Shown in pieces: positions 35,586-45,350 of a stretch of DNA of 47,412 nucleotides (its first letter is position 1; the number at the start of each line of letters is the position of its first letter). The DNA is from Pseudomonadota bacterium (lineage in GTDB: Bacteria; Bdellovibrionota_B; Oligoflexia; Oligoflexales; CAIYRB01). Position numbers and translations under genes: made by a program. The stretch covers positions 1-47,412 of the forward strand of contig JANOTL010000016.1 in assembly GCA_031416315.1 (NCBI GenBank), read 5' to 3'. Under the pieces are notes generated by a model that made no database searches, had not been told where the DNA came from, and was given only the letters and a program-made list of their open reading frames with translations.

Positions 35586-37628
35586 TTAGATCAGTTGGGA
35601 GCGTCTGAGCAGCGCATCGGGATCGGGCTCGCGGCCACGGAAACGGCGGTAAAGCTCCATCGGGTGCTCGGTGCCGCCCTTCTCCAACACCTCGGTGCGG
35701 AAACGGTCGGCGACCTCGCGCGAGAAGATGCCACGCTCCTTGAAGTATTCGAAGGCGTCGGCGTCGAGCACCTCGGCCCACTTGTAGCCGTAGTAGCCCG
35801 CGGAGTAGCCGCCGGAGAAGATGTGCTCGAAGCTCACCGACATGTTGGTGCCCGGGACGTTCGGCATCAGGTCGGTGTCTTTCACCGCCTCGAGCTCGAA
35901 GGCCTCGACGTCGACGTCCGCGGGGGTCTTCCCCTGCCAGTGCTTGGAGCCGTACCACGCGAGGTCCAAAAGACCGAAGCGGAGCTGGCGCATCATCTGA
36001 TAGGCGGCGTGGAAGTTCTCCGCTGCGACGATCTTCTGCACGTACTTTTCCGGGATGACCTCGCCGGTTTGCCAGTGCTTGGCGAAGAGGGCGAGGCTCT
36101 CCTTCTCGACGATCCAGTTCTCCATGATCTGCGAGGGCAGCTCGACGAAGTCGCGGTAGACGTTCGTGCAGGAGAGGCTCCGGTGCTCGCAGCGCGAAAG
36201 GAGCGAGTGCAGCGCGTGGCCGAACTCGTGGAAGAGCGTCTTCACTTCCTGGAAGGTGAGCAAAGAGGGCTTGGTCGCGGTCGGCTTGGTGAAGTTGCAG
36301 ACGATCGAGACGTGCGGCCGCACGTCGCTCGCGCCTTCTTGCCATTGCCCGCGGAAACGGGTGCACCAGGCGCCGGCGGCCTTGGTGCCGCGCGGGAAGA
36401 AGTCGGCGTAGAAGAGACCCTTGTGGCCGATCTTGTCGACCACTTCGAAGACCTGCACGTCCTCGGCGTAAACCGGCACGCCCTTCACTTCGCGGAAGTC
36501 GAGGTCGTAGAGACGACGCGCGTGCTCGAAGGCGCCGGCCAGGACGGAGTCGAGCGGGAAGTAAGGCCGAAGCTCCTCGGTATTCAGGTCGAACAGCTTC
36601 TCTTTGAGCTTATTCGACCAGAACGCGTAGTCCCAAGGCATGAGCTCGGCGGGGCCGCCGCTCTCCTGCGTGAACTTGCGCAGCTCGGCCATCTCACGCA
36701 GGGCGGCGGGCTTCGACTTGTCGACGAGGCGTTGCATGAACGCCTCGACCCTGTCCGGGCGCTCCGCCATGCGCTCTTCCATTTGAAAGTGCGCGTGAGA
36801 CTCGTAGCCGAGGAGACGCGCGCGCGCTAAGCGCAATGAGGCGATCTTCTTGACGAGGTCTTTGTTCGAGTTGGCGCCGCTCACGGCCCGAGAGAGGTAC
36901 GCGGTCCAGAGCTGGCGGCGGAGCTCCCGGTCTTCGGCGTAACGCAGGAAGGAGACGAAGCTCGGGCCCTGCAGCGTGAAGACCCAAGCGTCCTTCTTGC
37001 CCTTCTCGACGGCGGTGGCGGCGGCGCCTTCGAGCGCGGACTCCGGCAGGCCTCGGAGCTTGGCCTTATCGGCGATCACGAGCTCGTAGGAGTTGGTGTC
37101 CTTCAGGACGTGCTCGGAGAACTGGGGACCCAGGGTCGAAAGCTCTTCGTCGAGGGCGCGCAGACGCTCTTTTTCCTTCGGACCGAGAAGACCGCCGTTG
37201 CGGCGGAAAGAACGGTAGGTCTTGTCGACCAGGGTCTTCTTTTCCTCGCCGGTGACGCCCGGCTTCTCGCTCACCGCTTTCACGCGCGCGAAAAGCTCGG
37301 GATCGAGATTCACGTCCGACTCGAGCTCGATGAGCCGTGGCATGATCTCCTTCGCCAGGGCATGCATCGCCGGGTCGCCGTTGGCGGCGCGCAGATTGCC
37401 GTACGCGTAGGCGATCTCGTAAACCTTCGCCGAGGCCTTCTCCAGCGCGGCGATGGTGTTGTCGAAATCGGGCGGGCGCGAGTCGGCCTTGATCGCCTTC
37501 ACGTTCGCCTTGGCTTCTGCGATCGCGACTTCGAGCGCCGGCAGGAAGTGCTCGTGGCGAATCCGTTCGAACGGGACCGCGCCGAACGGGACGTCGGACG
37601 TCGCAAGCAGAGGATTCGTTGTGGACAT
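35586..37628 (-). CDS. M3 family metallopeptidase (peptidyl-dipeptidase Dcp / oligopeptidase A type)
   Basis: NPLL start, TLFHEFGHALH, DFVELPSQ, GYSAGYYGYKWAE, FRGREP. Confidence 0.95.
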   Translation of the reverse strand: MSTTNPLLATSDVPFGAVPFERIRHEHFLPALEVAIAEAKANVKAIKADSRPPDFDNTIAALEKASAKVYEIAYAYGNLRAANGDPAMHALAKEIMPRLIELESDVNLDPELFARVKAVSEKPGVTGEEKKTLVDKTYRSFRRNGGLLGPKEKERLRALDEELSTLGPQFSEHVLKDTNSYELVIADKAKLRGLPESALEGAAATAVEKGKKDAWVFTLQGPSFVSFLRYAEDRELRRQLWTAYLSRAVSGANSNKDLVKKIASLRLARARLLGYESHAHFQMEERMAERPDRVEAFMQRLVDKSKPAALREMAELRKFTQESGGPAELMPWDYAFWSNKLKEKLFDLNTEELRPYFPLDSVLAGAFEHARRLYDLDFREVKGVPVYAEDVQVFEVVDKIGHKGLFYADFFPRGTKAAGAWCTRFRGQWQEGASDVRPHVSIVCNFTKPTATKPSLLTFQEVKTLFHEFGHALHSLLSRCEHRSLSCTNVYRDFVELPSQIMENWIVEKESLALFAKHWQTGEVIPEKYVQKIVAAENFHAAYQMMRQLRFGLLDLAWYGSKHWQGKTPADVDVEAFELEAVKDTDLMPNVPGTNMSVSFEHIFSGGYSAGYYGYKWAEVLDADAFEYFKERGIFSREVADRFRTEVLEKGGTEHPMELYRRFRGREPDPDALLRRSQLI

Positions 37629-37818
37629 GGTGTTCGGCTCACGGAAAGCGTTCCTCGGAATTTAGCGCCCCGCACGGGGCGAAGTCAATGCGGAAGCGCT
37701 GAAAAATCGAATGATCGCCGGGAGTTCCGATCCTGGTTAAGGGTGCCCGCCGGCTTGCCGACAAGAAGACACCAAAAAGACGTCAAAAAAGTCTCGTCGC
37801 GATTCGGAGCTTGCCGCA

Positions 37819-38502
37819 ATGGTTCTGCGAAGGTCCATCTATGCCGCGTTGGCCTTCGGGCTCTTCGGGGGCGTCGCGCTCCGCTGCAAGCCTTCGAGCG
37901 CCTTCAGCGGCGAAGGGTCGAAGACGGCCTAAGCGGGCGCCAAAGGACCCGACGGCAAGGGTGAGGGGTCCGGGACGGACGACAAGGACGGGGCAGGCGG
38001 CAAGGGCAAGAAAGACGAAAAAGACGAGAACGACAAGGGCAAGGGTCAGGGTAAGGGCGGCGACAAGAGTGGCAAGGGATCGGGCAAGGGCACGTCCGGC
38101 AAGGGCTCGGGAGTCCCGGGCTCCGACGAGGACTCTGCGGGAGGGCTGGGCTCCGCGGACACCGATTTGTTTCCCAAGGGCACGCTCGACGATGGCGGAC
38201 TCCTCGAAGACGACGGCGGGACGCCATGTATCGATAAGCTTCTGCCGCTGCACGTGGTTTTCGTGCTGGATACGACCGGATCGATGGGCGAGGAGCTGGC
38301 GAACATCGTCATGAACGCGCAGGCGTTCGCGCAGGCCGTCTCGAGCATCAAGCCGCAGGGCTCCGACAAGCCGATCCCGAGCGTCAAGCTCGGGGCCGTC
38401 CTCTACGTCGACGAGCAAGGTGAATACGTTGCCGCAGGAGCTGGCGAGTCGGCTAAAGCTTTGCAAAAAGGGCTGAGCGCCTTCGCCGCGCGGCCATCAT
38501 GA
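37819..38502 (+). pseudogene. Disrupted lipoprotein-like gene with a truncated VWA domain
   Basis: ATG 37819 after GGAG gives MVLRRSIYAALAFGLFGGVALRC. In-frame TAA at 37930-37932; the same frame continues through a G/K/D linker to VVFVLDTTGSM and ends about 70 aa later. Confidence 0.7.
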
Positions 38503-40327
38503 TCGGCAGCGCGAAGATTCCGAGCCCGAGCCAAGCCGCGCTTTTCTTTTCCCGCGGGGGGCCGACGACGCTGCAGCCCGACGTCACGCGCGACGACTTG
38601 ACGCCGGTGATCCCCGACGCCTGCTTGCAGTTCTCGATCGCACATTTTGCGTCGACCACGCCGGAGCCGAGCAAGGGACGCTTCGAGTCCTCGTCGAGCG
38701 GCTTCACGTAGTAGAAGCGATAGTTGAAGCCATCGGCGATCTCCGGGCGATAGAAGGCCGGGTCGGCGCCGAGGATGATGCGGTTGCGAAGGCCGCGGAA
38801 GGTCTCCTTCGGATCGATGGTAAGGACGAGGCCGGCGACGGCGGCGACGACGGGGGTGGCCATCGAGGTGCCGACCTTGCCGATGAACAAGCCGCCGGGC
38901 TGCAGCGACATGATCGCTTGCTCCTTGGAACCGCCGGGCGCCGCGATGTCGACCCAAGGACCATAGTTCGAGTACGGCGCCTTGCGGAGCTCCGCGGTCA
39001 CGGCCGAGACGGCGATCGCTTTTTCGAGCGCGGCAGGATAAGCGCGCGCCATCGAGTCCTCGTTTGAGGCGGCGCCGACGACGAGAACCTCGTTCGGGGA
39101 CCGCGTGAGGACGCTCACGAGCACGGTCATCGAGCGCGAGCGCGAGTACTTGCCGAAGGACGAGTTGACGACACGCACGATCGCCTTCTGGTTGGCGACG
39201 AACTTCGTGACGTATTTCAGGCCGTTCAGGATGGCGGCGTCGGTGGCGCCGCCGCCCCCGCCCTCGACGTCGGCGATGATCTTCACCGGCATGATGAGGC
39301 AATACGGGCAAGCGCCGCCGACGGCGCCGTCATACTTCGCCGCGATGATGCCGGCGACGTGCGTGCCGTGCACGCAGTTGCCGTCAGGCTCCGCGGGCTT
39401 GGAGGGGCTCGGCTTGCAATTGCGGCTGCCGGGCGCCGTGTTGTAGGGCGTGACGTTGCCGTCGCCGAAGACGCCTTTCGAGGCCTTCGTCGTGTCGCAG
39501 CCGTGTTTGTCGTTCGGGCAGCCCGACTGGCCGATCGCCTCTTTAACGTCCCACAGATTGCCGGCGATCGACTCGTGCAGCACGTCGAGGCCGCTGTCCA
39601 GGACGGCGATCACCGGCGCCGCGAGATCCTTGTCGACCGGATGCTTCCCGGGCGACGTGTCGCGCGAGTCCATCGCGCCGAAGGCTTCGTGGAGCTTGAT
39701 CTTTTCGTGCCACCAGATCTTCTGCGGCTTCTCGTAGTTGGCCTTGATCTCGGCGAAGACGCCGCCCGGCTCGCTCAGGCGGCTGATGCCGTTCGGCTCC
39801 GCGTACCAGATCGCGCCGGCCTTCTCCCATTCGACGAGCACGGAGGCTGCGTCCGCGGCGCTGCGGAACTTCACCGTCGCCATCGTGCCCATCGCAGGTG
39901 GCGTGCGCTTGCCGTCGAAGGCGAGATGGAGCGCCGGCGGCGCGTCGAAGTCACCGTCGTAGTCGGCGGAGTCGGGATCGGCGAGGCCGGCGAGGTCGAT
40001 GTGATCGATGTAGTCGAGGTCGGCGACGCGCGGATCGCCCAAGTGCGCATCCGCGAGCAGCGAGAAGTGATGGCCGAACTCGCTCTTGAAAGAGCGAAAG
40101 GTGCGCGGGAGCTCGGCGCTCTTGAACATGACGATATAGCTCCCCGTCACCACGTCGTGGCGGCGAAGCTCCGCCGTCGTCGCGAGGCGCAGGGTCTCGG
40201 TCGCGGCCGAGACGATGGGCGCGGCGGCGTTCAAAAGGTCCTGCTCGTAGCCGCAGGAGGACATAGCGCCGCCGCAGAGCGCGAGGAGTGCCCACCTTGG
40301 CGCGACCAAAGGAAAAATTTTCGCCAT
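38453..40327 (-). CDS. S8 subtilisin-like serine protease with C-terminal sorting signal
   Basis: Catalytic triad IAVLDSG, HGTHVAG, GTSMATP; N-terminal signal with MSSC; C-terminal GCS-TM-RRRR. Start 40327 (alternative 40372). Confidence 0.92.
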   Translation of the reverse strand: MAKIFPLVAPRWALLALCGGAMSSCGYEQDLLNAAAPIVSAATETLRLATTAELRRHDVVTGSYIVMFKSAELPRTFRSFKSEFGHHFSLLADAHLGDPRVADLDYIDHIDLAGLADPDSADYDGDFDAPPALHLAFDGKRTPPAMGTMATVKFRSAADAASVLVEWEKAGAIWYAEPNGISRLSEPGGVFAEIKANYEKPQKIWWHEKIKLHEAFGAMDSRDTSPGKHPVDKDLAAPVIAVLDSGLDVLHESIAGNLWDVKEAIGQSGCPNDKHGCDTTKASKGVFGDGNVTPYNTAPGSRNCKPSPSKPAEPDGNCVHGTHVAGIIAAKYDGAVGGACPYCLIMPVKIIADVEGGGGGATDAAILNGLKYVTKFVANQKAIVRVVNSSFGKYSRSRSMTVLVSVLTRSPNEVLVVGAASNEDSMARAYPAALEKAIAVSAVTAELRKAPYSNYGPWVDIAAPGGSKEQAIMSLQPGGLFIGKVGTSMATPVVAAVAGLVLTIDPKETFRGLRNRIILGADPAFYRPEIADGFNYRFYYVKPLDEDSKRPLLGSGVVDAKCAIENCKQASGITGVKSSRVTSGCSVVGPPREKKSAAWLGLGIFALPIMMAARRRRSALFAKL

Positions 40328-40477
40328 GGGAGCATTGGACCAAATTCGCGGGCCGCCTGCCAGTGAGGTCAAGTTTCCAATGATTTAAATAAGTTACGTC
40401 GATAACGGCGAAATCACCTCAAGACCGCGACCCGAATCGACCGAAACCATGGAAGAACCTGAGCCTCGAGGCCCTGC

Positions 40478-41137
40478 ATGCGGGTAGCGACCAAGATCCT
40501 GATTCTTTCGAGCCTGGGCCTCGCGGCCGCCGCGGGCTGCGGCAAGGACAAAGAGGAAACGGAGTCGCGCGACAAGAAGGCGACGGGCTCCGGTACGGGC
40601 TCGGCCAGCGCCTCCGACACCGGCTCGGCCACGGGCTCGGCTTCCACGGCCGCGGTGGGCGCGCTCGACGGCGACTGGCTGAGCAGTTGCATCGACGGCG
40701 GCGGCGGCGCCTGGTCCGGGATCAGCATTCATTTCGACCTCGCCAAGGGCGAGTACGACATGATCTCCGCCAGATACGCCGACGAGAAATGCAGCGAGGA
40801 GATCAGCGCTCGCACGGAGCTCGGCTTGGTGACGACGACCGGCGACGGCAAAGGCAAGCTCGCAGCGATCGACTTGAAGCCGCTGGACATCGCGCAACGC
40901 TACAGCCGGCAGAGCGAGGTCGACACCGCCATCGCCGGCAAAAACTGCGGCCGCGACGACTGGAAGATCTCGACGCCGATCTCGATCGACGGCACGCCGT
41001 GCTCAACGCTCTCCGCAGACGGCAAGATCCTCGGCGCATTCCTGCTCGGCGTCGAGCTTCAGCTCGCGATCGACCTCGCGAAGCCGGGTGACCGGCCGAA
41101 GGACGTGAAGGACGGGATCACGTACTCGCGGAAGTGA
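40478..41137 (+). CDS. Hypothetical lipoprotein
   Basis: Lipobox AAGC, G/S/T linker, LDGDWLSSC beta domain with four Cys. Confidence 0.7.
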   Translation: MRVATKILILSSLGLAAAAGCGKDKEETESRDKKATGSGTGSASASDTGSATGSASTAAVGALDGDWLSSCIDGGGGAWSGISIHFDLAKGEYDMISARYADEKCSEEISARTELGLVTTTGDGKGKLAAIDLKPLDIAQRYSRQSEVDTAIAGKNCGRDDWKISTPISIDGTPCSTLSADGKILGAFLLGVELQLAIDLAKPGDRPKDVKDGITYSRK

Positions 41138-41663
41138 GGGCGGTGACGCGGAGCGGCGTCCGCTCCGCTTTGACGCCCGAGGTCTCGCGGTATTTCCCGT
41201 CGATCAAGGCCAAGAGCGTGTCGAGAAGCTGCAAGTTCAAGACGTCCTCATCGGCGAGGCTTTTCAGGTCCTCCCCGGCGAAATTCAGCGGACAGACGTC
41301 GCGGCGCGGCGCCTTTTTCGGCTCGCGGACCTCGAGCGGCAAGCCGTGGCTGCGGCAAATGATCGGGCGCGCCTCGTAAACCGCGCAGTCGCCGTTCGCG
41401 CGCAGAAAGCTGCAGCGCGAGCCGGCGTGAGGATCCGCCGCCTCCAGCGCTTCAAGGTCCGCCTGCAAACCGGGCGTCGCCGCGACGTGCGCCGCGAGAT
41501 GCGCGCGCTCGACCGCCGAGACGCCGAGCCCCGGCGCGCAGCAACCGTGACAGCCGCGGCCGCAGAGCATGCGCGCCCCGACCCGGCCGGAGATCTCGGC
41601 GTTTTTCGCGTCGACCTTCGCGAGGAGCGCGCGGTAGTTGGCGAACATTTCCGTCCCGTTCAC
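41118..41663 (-). CDS. YkgJ family cysteine-cluster (CxxCxxCC) protein
   Basis: CGRGCHGCC, CSFL, CAVYEARPIICR, CPLNF. Confidence 0.88.
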   Translation of the reverse strand: MNGTEMFANYRALLAKVDAKNAEISGRVGARMLCGRGCHGCCAPGLGVSAVERAHLAAHVAATPGLQADLEALEAADPHAGSRCSFLRANGDCAVYEARPIICRSHGLPLEVREPKKAPRRDVCPLNFAGEDLKSLADEDVLNLQLLDTLLALIDGKYRETSGVKAERTPLRVTALTSAST

Positions 41664-43168
41664 CGCACGGGATCCCGACGGCCGACGTTCTTGCCGATCG
41701 GTAGCGAGCGGAAGGGCGCCGAGCCGGCACGGCGCGAGCGGCTCGCCTCCACGAGCTCGCCCAGCGGCCGGCGCATGCCGACGGCCGCGGTGGCGGAGAG
41801 CTCGAGCGCGCTCGTCCAGGCGACCATAAGCTCGCGGGCGGCCGACTCGGAGAGCCAGCGCGCGTCGTAATTAAAGCCGAAGAATAGGGCGCCCGCGTAT
41901 TGCACGACGCCGAAGGCGCCGCGCGTCTGTGACCGGATGGGCGGATAGAGCTCGAAGCCGCTCAAGGTCAAGTCGCGCGCCACGAGGCGCCCGGCTCCGT
42001 CTCGCGGCAAGGGCGCGAGGTCGAACGGGCGGCCGAGGTTGCTCAAGACCGCGGTCGAGGAGCAGCTCCACGGCCCCGGCGCGCGCGCGATGAGCCGCAA
42101 GCCGCCGGGAAAACGCGCCAAGGCCCCGACGACGCGGAGGAGCGCGGTGCCCAAGCGGTACCGCTTGATCGAGGTGGTCTCCCGCGCAATGCTCGCCAGA
42201 AGCTCCTGCGGCTGATCCATCGAGGACGGCTCGCGATCGAGGAAGCACATGCTGACGACGTTCGCCGCCGACATCTTCGCGTCGGCGGCGGTGCGCATGT
42301 TGATCGGCATCGCGAGGCGCACGCGCTTGCGCACGCCCTGCTTCGCCGCGTACTCGTCGACGGCGAGGAAGAGGTCTCTGAGGAGGAGGTCGTTCACGGT
42401 CGCGCCGAAACGGTGCGCCGCGATGCGGAGCGCATCTTGGGTCTCCTGCCCGAGGACGCGCGACAGACGGGCCGGGTAGCTTCCGGACGGCGCTTCGCGC
42501 GGGCGCATCTCGCCTCGACGCGGCGGCAGGGGCCGGGCGAAATGCGTGAAATAGATCCAAATGCGGTGCAGATCGCGCCAGAACGCGGCGCGCCCTTCCG
42601 TCGTCGCGGCGCGGAGCTCGTGACGCGTCTCGAGCAGGGTCGGATCGATCGGGCGTGGCTCGACCCCGGCATAGAGCGCGAGCGCGTCCTCGATCAGGCG
42701 CGCGCCGCCGGTCGCGTCGACGGCCGCATGGTGGCATTGCGCCCAAAGGTCGACGCCGTTGCCGCCGACCTTCTCGCGCACGAAGAAGCGGATCGGAAAA
42801 TCGCGGGTCGGATCGAGCCAGCCGTCGCCGTGGCCGCCGCTCACCGGGTAGCGGAACGGCTCGTCGCCCTCGCCGAAATCGACGTAGAGCGAAGGCTCTT
42901 CCGCCGCCGCCGTCCAGGCGATCTCCGCCGAAGGCGTCCAACGCTCGCCGGAGAGCCGCGTCGACAGCATCGGATGGCGCGCGAGCGCGCTGCGCAAGGC
43001 AGCGCTCAAGGCCGTGCGATCCAGGCTCGCCGACGCTAAGGCCAAGCGGGCGCGCAGAAAAAAGCACATGGGATACTCGGGACGGTCATCCGCGAACATG
43101 AAGTGCTCGATCGGCGACGGAGTCCCGATCTCTGCGCGCAAAGGCGTCGGCGTCGAGGGTTCCAACAT
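41660..43168 (-). CDS. Stand-alone condensation-domain / CoA-dependent acyltransferase
   Basis: ARHPML, HHAAVDATG (HHxxxD), ATVNDLL, PINMR, LSNLG. Confidence 0.8.
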   Translation of the reverse strand: MLEPSTPTPLRAEIGTPSPIEHFMFADDRPEYPMCFFLRARLALASASLDRTALSAALRSALARHPMLSTRLSGERWTPSAEIAWTAAAEEPSLYVDFGEGDEPFRYPVSGGHGDGWLDPTRDFPIRFFVREKVGGNGVDLWAQCHHAAVDATGGARLIEDALALYAGVEPRPIDPTLLETRHELRAATTEGRAAFWRDLHRIWIYFTHFARPLPPRRGEMRPREAPSGSYPARLSRVLGQETQDALRIAAHRFGATVNDLLLRDLFLAVDEYAAKQGVRKRVRLAMPINMRTAADAKMSAANVVSMCFLDREPSSMDQPQELLASIARETTSIKRYRLGTALLRVVGALARFPGGLRLIARAPGPWSCSSTAVLSNLGRPFDLAPLPRDGAGRLVARDLTLSGFELYPPIRSQTRGAFGVVQYAGALFFGFNYDARWLSESAARELMVAWTSALELSATAAVGMRRPLGELVEASRSRRAGSAPFRSLPIGKNVGRRDPVR

Positions 43169-43307
43169 CCGTCCAGCAGATCACAAAACGGCGCCGGGCC
43201 AAAGACAAAAATCGCTAAGCGCTTGGAAAGTTTGTATGATTCGGCCTATAGGCAGAGCGGCTCATGCTCACGGCCGCAGACCTCGATCGATGCGAAGGAA
43301 GATGGCG

Positions 43308-44246
43308 ATGCGCGCGCTCACCACGACGCTCCTCAGGCATCTCGACCTGGCCCAGCCGACGGCGAACGCCGGCCGGCGCTTCGTCTCGGCCGCGAGCGGC
43401 CTGGCCCGCTTGGACGGACGGTACTACTTCGTCGCCGACGACGAGCTCGAGATCTTTTGGTGCGAGATTGCGGGCAATGATCCGGTCCTCGCCCTGCCGG
43501 CGCTCGGCGGCATCCTGCCGACGGACGCTGTCGCGCGCAAAGCGGTCAAGCCCGACTTCGAGTCGCTCGCGACTTTGCCGCGCGGGGCGGTCTTCGCCGA
43601 GCGGCCGGCCTTGCTGGCGCTCCCTTCCGGCTCCACGGAGCGGCGCATGACCGCGATCCTGGTCGTGCCGCTAGGCGGTCCGGATCATCACGTGACCCGG
43701 GTCGACTGCGCGCCCTTCTTGTCGCGGCTCCGGCAGCAGGCGTTGCCGCAGCTCAACATCGAGGGCGCGATGGTCGCCGGCGAAGAGATCGTCTTATTGC
43801 ACCGCGGCGTCGGCGCGTCCCCCAACGCGCTGATCAAGCTGGAGGCGGCCGCCGTGTACGCGCAACTGCGAGCGGAAACGCCGGTGCTCCCCGTTGATCT
43901 CCGTTTCGAACTGACGCCCGTCGCGCTCGGATCGCTTTCAGGCGTTCGGCTCGGCTTTACCGACGGCGCGATGCTGACCGACGGCAGGTTCCTCTTCAGC
44001 GCGGCGGCGGAAGCGACGAACAACGCTTACGACGACGGCGAGGTGACGGGCTCGGTTTTGGGCTTCGCCACGCTCGACGGCAAAGTATCGGAAGTGTTTG
44101 CCGTCGAGGCCGGGTTCAAGATCGAGGGCCTTCATGCTGAGCTCCTCGCGCCGTCGGGCGAGGTTCACGTGCGGATGGTGACCGACGCCGACGACGCGGC
44201 GCTCCCGTCGCAGCTTCGCGCTGCGGTGATCCCAGCGCGCCTTTGA
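43308..44246 (+). CDS. DUF6929-like beta-propeller protein
   Basis: SAASGL, ADDE, KPDFES, NIEG, LGFTD, AE.T.NAYDDG, KIEG, DADD. Start after AAGGA (alternatives 43290, 43302). Confidence 0.7.
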   Translation: MRALTTTLLRHLDLAQPTANAGRRFVSAASGLARLDGRYYFVADDELEIFWCEIAGNDPVLALPALGGILPTDAVARKAVKPDFESLATLPRGAVFAERPALLALPSGSTERRMTAILVVPLGGPDHHVTRVDCAPFLSRLRQQALPQLNIEGAMVAGEEIVLLHRGVGASPNALIKLEAAAVYAQLRAETPVLPVDLRFELTPVALGSLSGVRLGFTDGAMLTDGRFLFSAAAEATNNAYDDGEVTGSVLGFATLDGKVSEVFAVEAGFKIEGLHAELLAPSGEVHVRMVTDADDAALPSQLRAAVIPARL

Positions 44247-44259
44247 GACCTGAAACGGA

Positions 44260-45141
44260 TCAGGGCCGCGGCAGGAGACATCCTTCGCGCGCTAGATCGA
44301 TCTGGTTCGCGTCGTTCAAGCAGGAATAGACGGTGTAGACTTCCTGACCGTACGAGGCGCCTTCACGGACGACGACGTTGCCGGCTTCGTCGACCTCGCA
44401 GGGGTTGTTCATCGTGCAGCGCCCGCCGTCTTCGTTGCCGGTGTTGTTGACGCCGATGACCTCCTTCGTGTCGCCGTGGACGATCGGCGAGCCGGAGGTG
44501 CCGCCGATGGTCTCACACCCCGGCGAGGAGTAGCGGATCGAGTCCTTCCAGGTCCACTCGTCCTCGCGCATCTCGTAGACGAAAGCGTCGACGGTGCACG
44601 AGTAGATGCGACGCCAGTAGCCCGAGACGACGTGCATCGGCGCGCCTTCCTCGGTCCGGTGATCCGAAATCGTGAGCGCCTCGACGCCGGTTTGCGCCTG
44701 GATCTCCGCGTAAGTCAGAGACAACGCGTAGAGCGCCATGTCGGTATCGGTCATCGTCGCGTAGAGGACCTTCGTCGCGCGCAGGGTGGCGAGGTTTTCG
44801 CTGCCCGCGGCGTTCAGGAGGCGAAAAGTGCGCGTCGATGCTTCGTTGACGAGAACTTCGCCGGCATCGAGGAGGCCGCCTTCGAAGCAGTGGCCGTTGG
44901 TCAGGACCATCGCCTTGTCCTCCGGGAGGGAGGTCGTGTAGCGGACGAGCGCGCCGGAGCAGTTCGAAAGCGCGACGATCGCGGTGAAGTCGACGGCGCC
45001 CACGGGCGGCGGCGCGAAGTTGGGCGCGAGCGCGGCGTTGAACTCGCCGTCGCCGAGCGGAAGGGCGAAGGCCGAGGTCGCGCCTCCGGTGGTGATCGCG
45101 AAAAGGCCGAAGGCCGCGCGCAAGATTGCTTGGACTCGCAT
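44260..45141 (-). CDS. Secreted trypsin-like (S1) serine protease
   Basis: Signal peptide, CSG, LTNGHC, DMALY, GGTSGSP. ATG 45141 follows GGAG. Confidence 0.88.
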   Translation of the reverse strand: MRVQAILRAAFGLFAITTGGATSAFALPLGDGEFNAALAPNFAPPPVGAVDFTAIVALSNCSGALVRYTTSLPEDKAMVLTNGHCFEGGLLDAGEVLVNEASTRTFRLLNAAGSENLATLRATKVLYATMTDTDMALYALSLTYAEIQAQTGVEALTISDHRTEEGAPMHVVSGYWRRIYSCTVDAFVYEMREDEWTWKDSIRYSSPGCETIGGTSGSPIVHGDTKEVIGVNNTGNEDGGRCTMNNPCEVDEAGNVVVREGASYGQEVYTVYSCLNDANQIDLAREGCLLPRP

Positions 45142-45276
45142 GAGCTCACTCCATGAGCGGGAGGGTTTTGGCGTATTGGGGAGAGACTGCGAGGATTTTC
45201 GTTGATTTTGGGGGGAAATACAAATGAGCGAAATGGCGCGGGATAGCGAGCCGTGTGTACACGGGGTGAGAGGCGT

Positions 45277-45350
45277 GACGCGAAGGCGCGAAGGGCGCGG
45301 AGTCGGCATTCTTTCGATGCCCATCTCCGCGTTCTTCGCGCCTTCGCGTC
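45277..45350. repeat. Long intergenic inverted repeat (REP-like hairpin or terminator)
   Basis: GACGCGAAGGCGCGAAGGGCGCGGAG pairs with CTCCGCGTTCTTCGCGCCTTCGCGTC (two mismatches, G:U on the plus strand), plus inner stem GGCAT/ATGCC. Confidence 0.8.

Noticed and set aside
37930..37932. Programmed stop readthrough or recoding
   Set aside because: The codon is TAA (not Sec/Pyl), other genes use TAA as a normal stop, and the downstream domain is truncated anyway.
41660..43168. NRPS biosynthetic gene cluster
   Set aside because: No adenylation, thiolation or thioesterase domains in the window.
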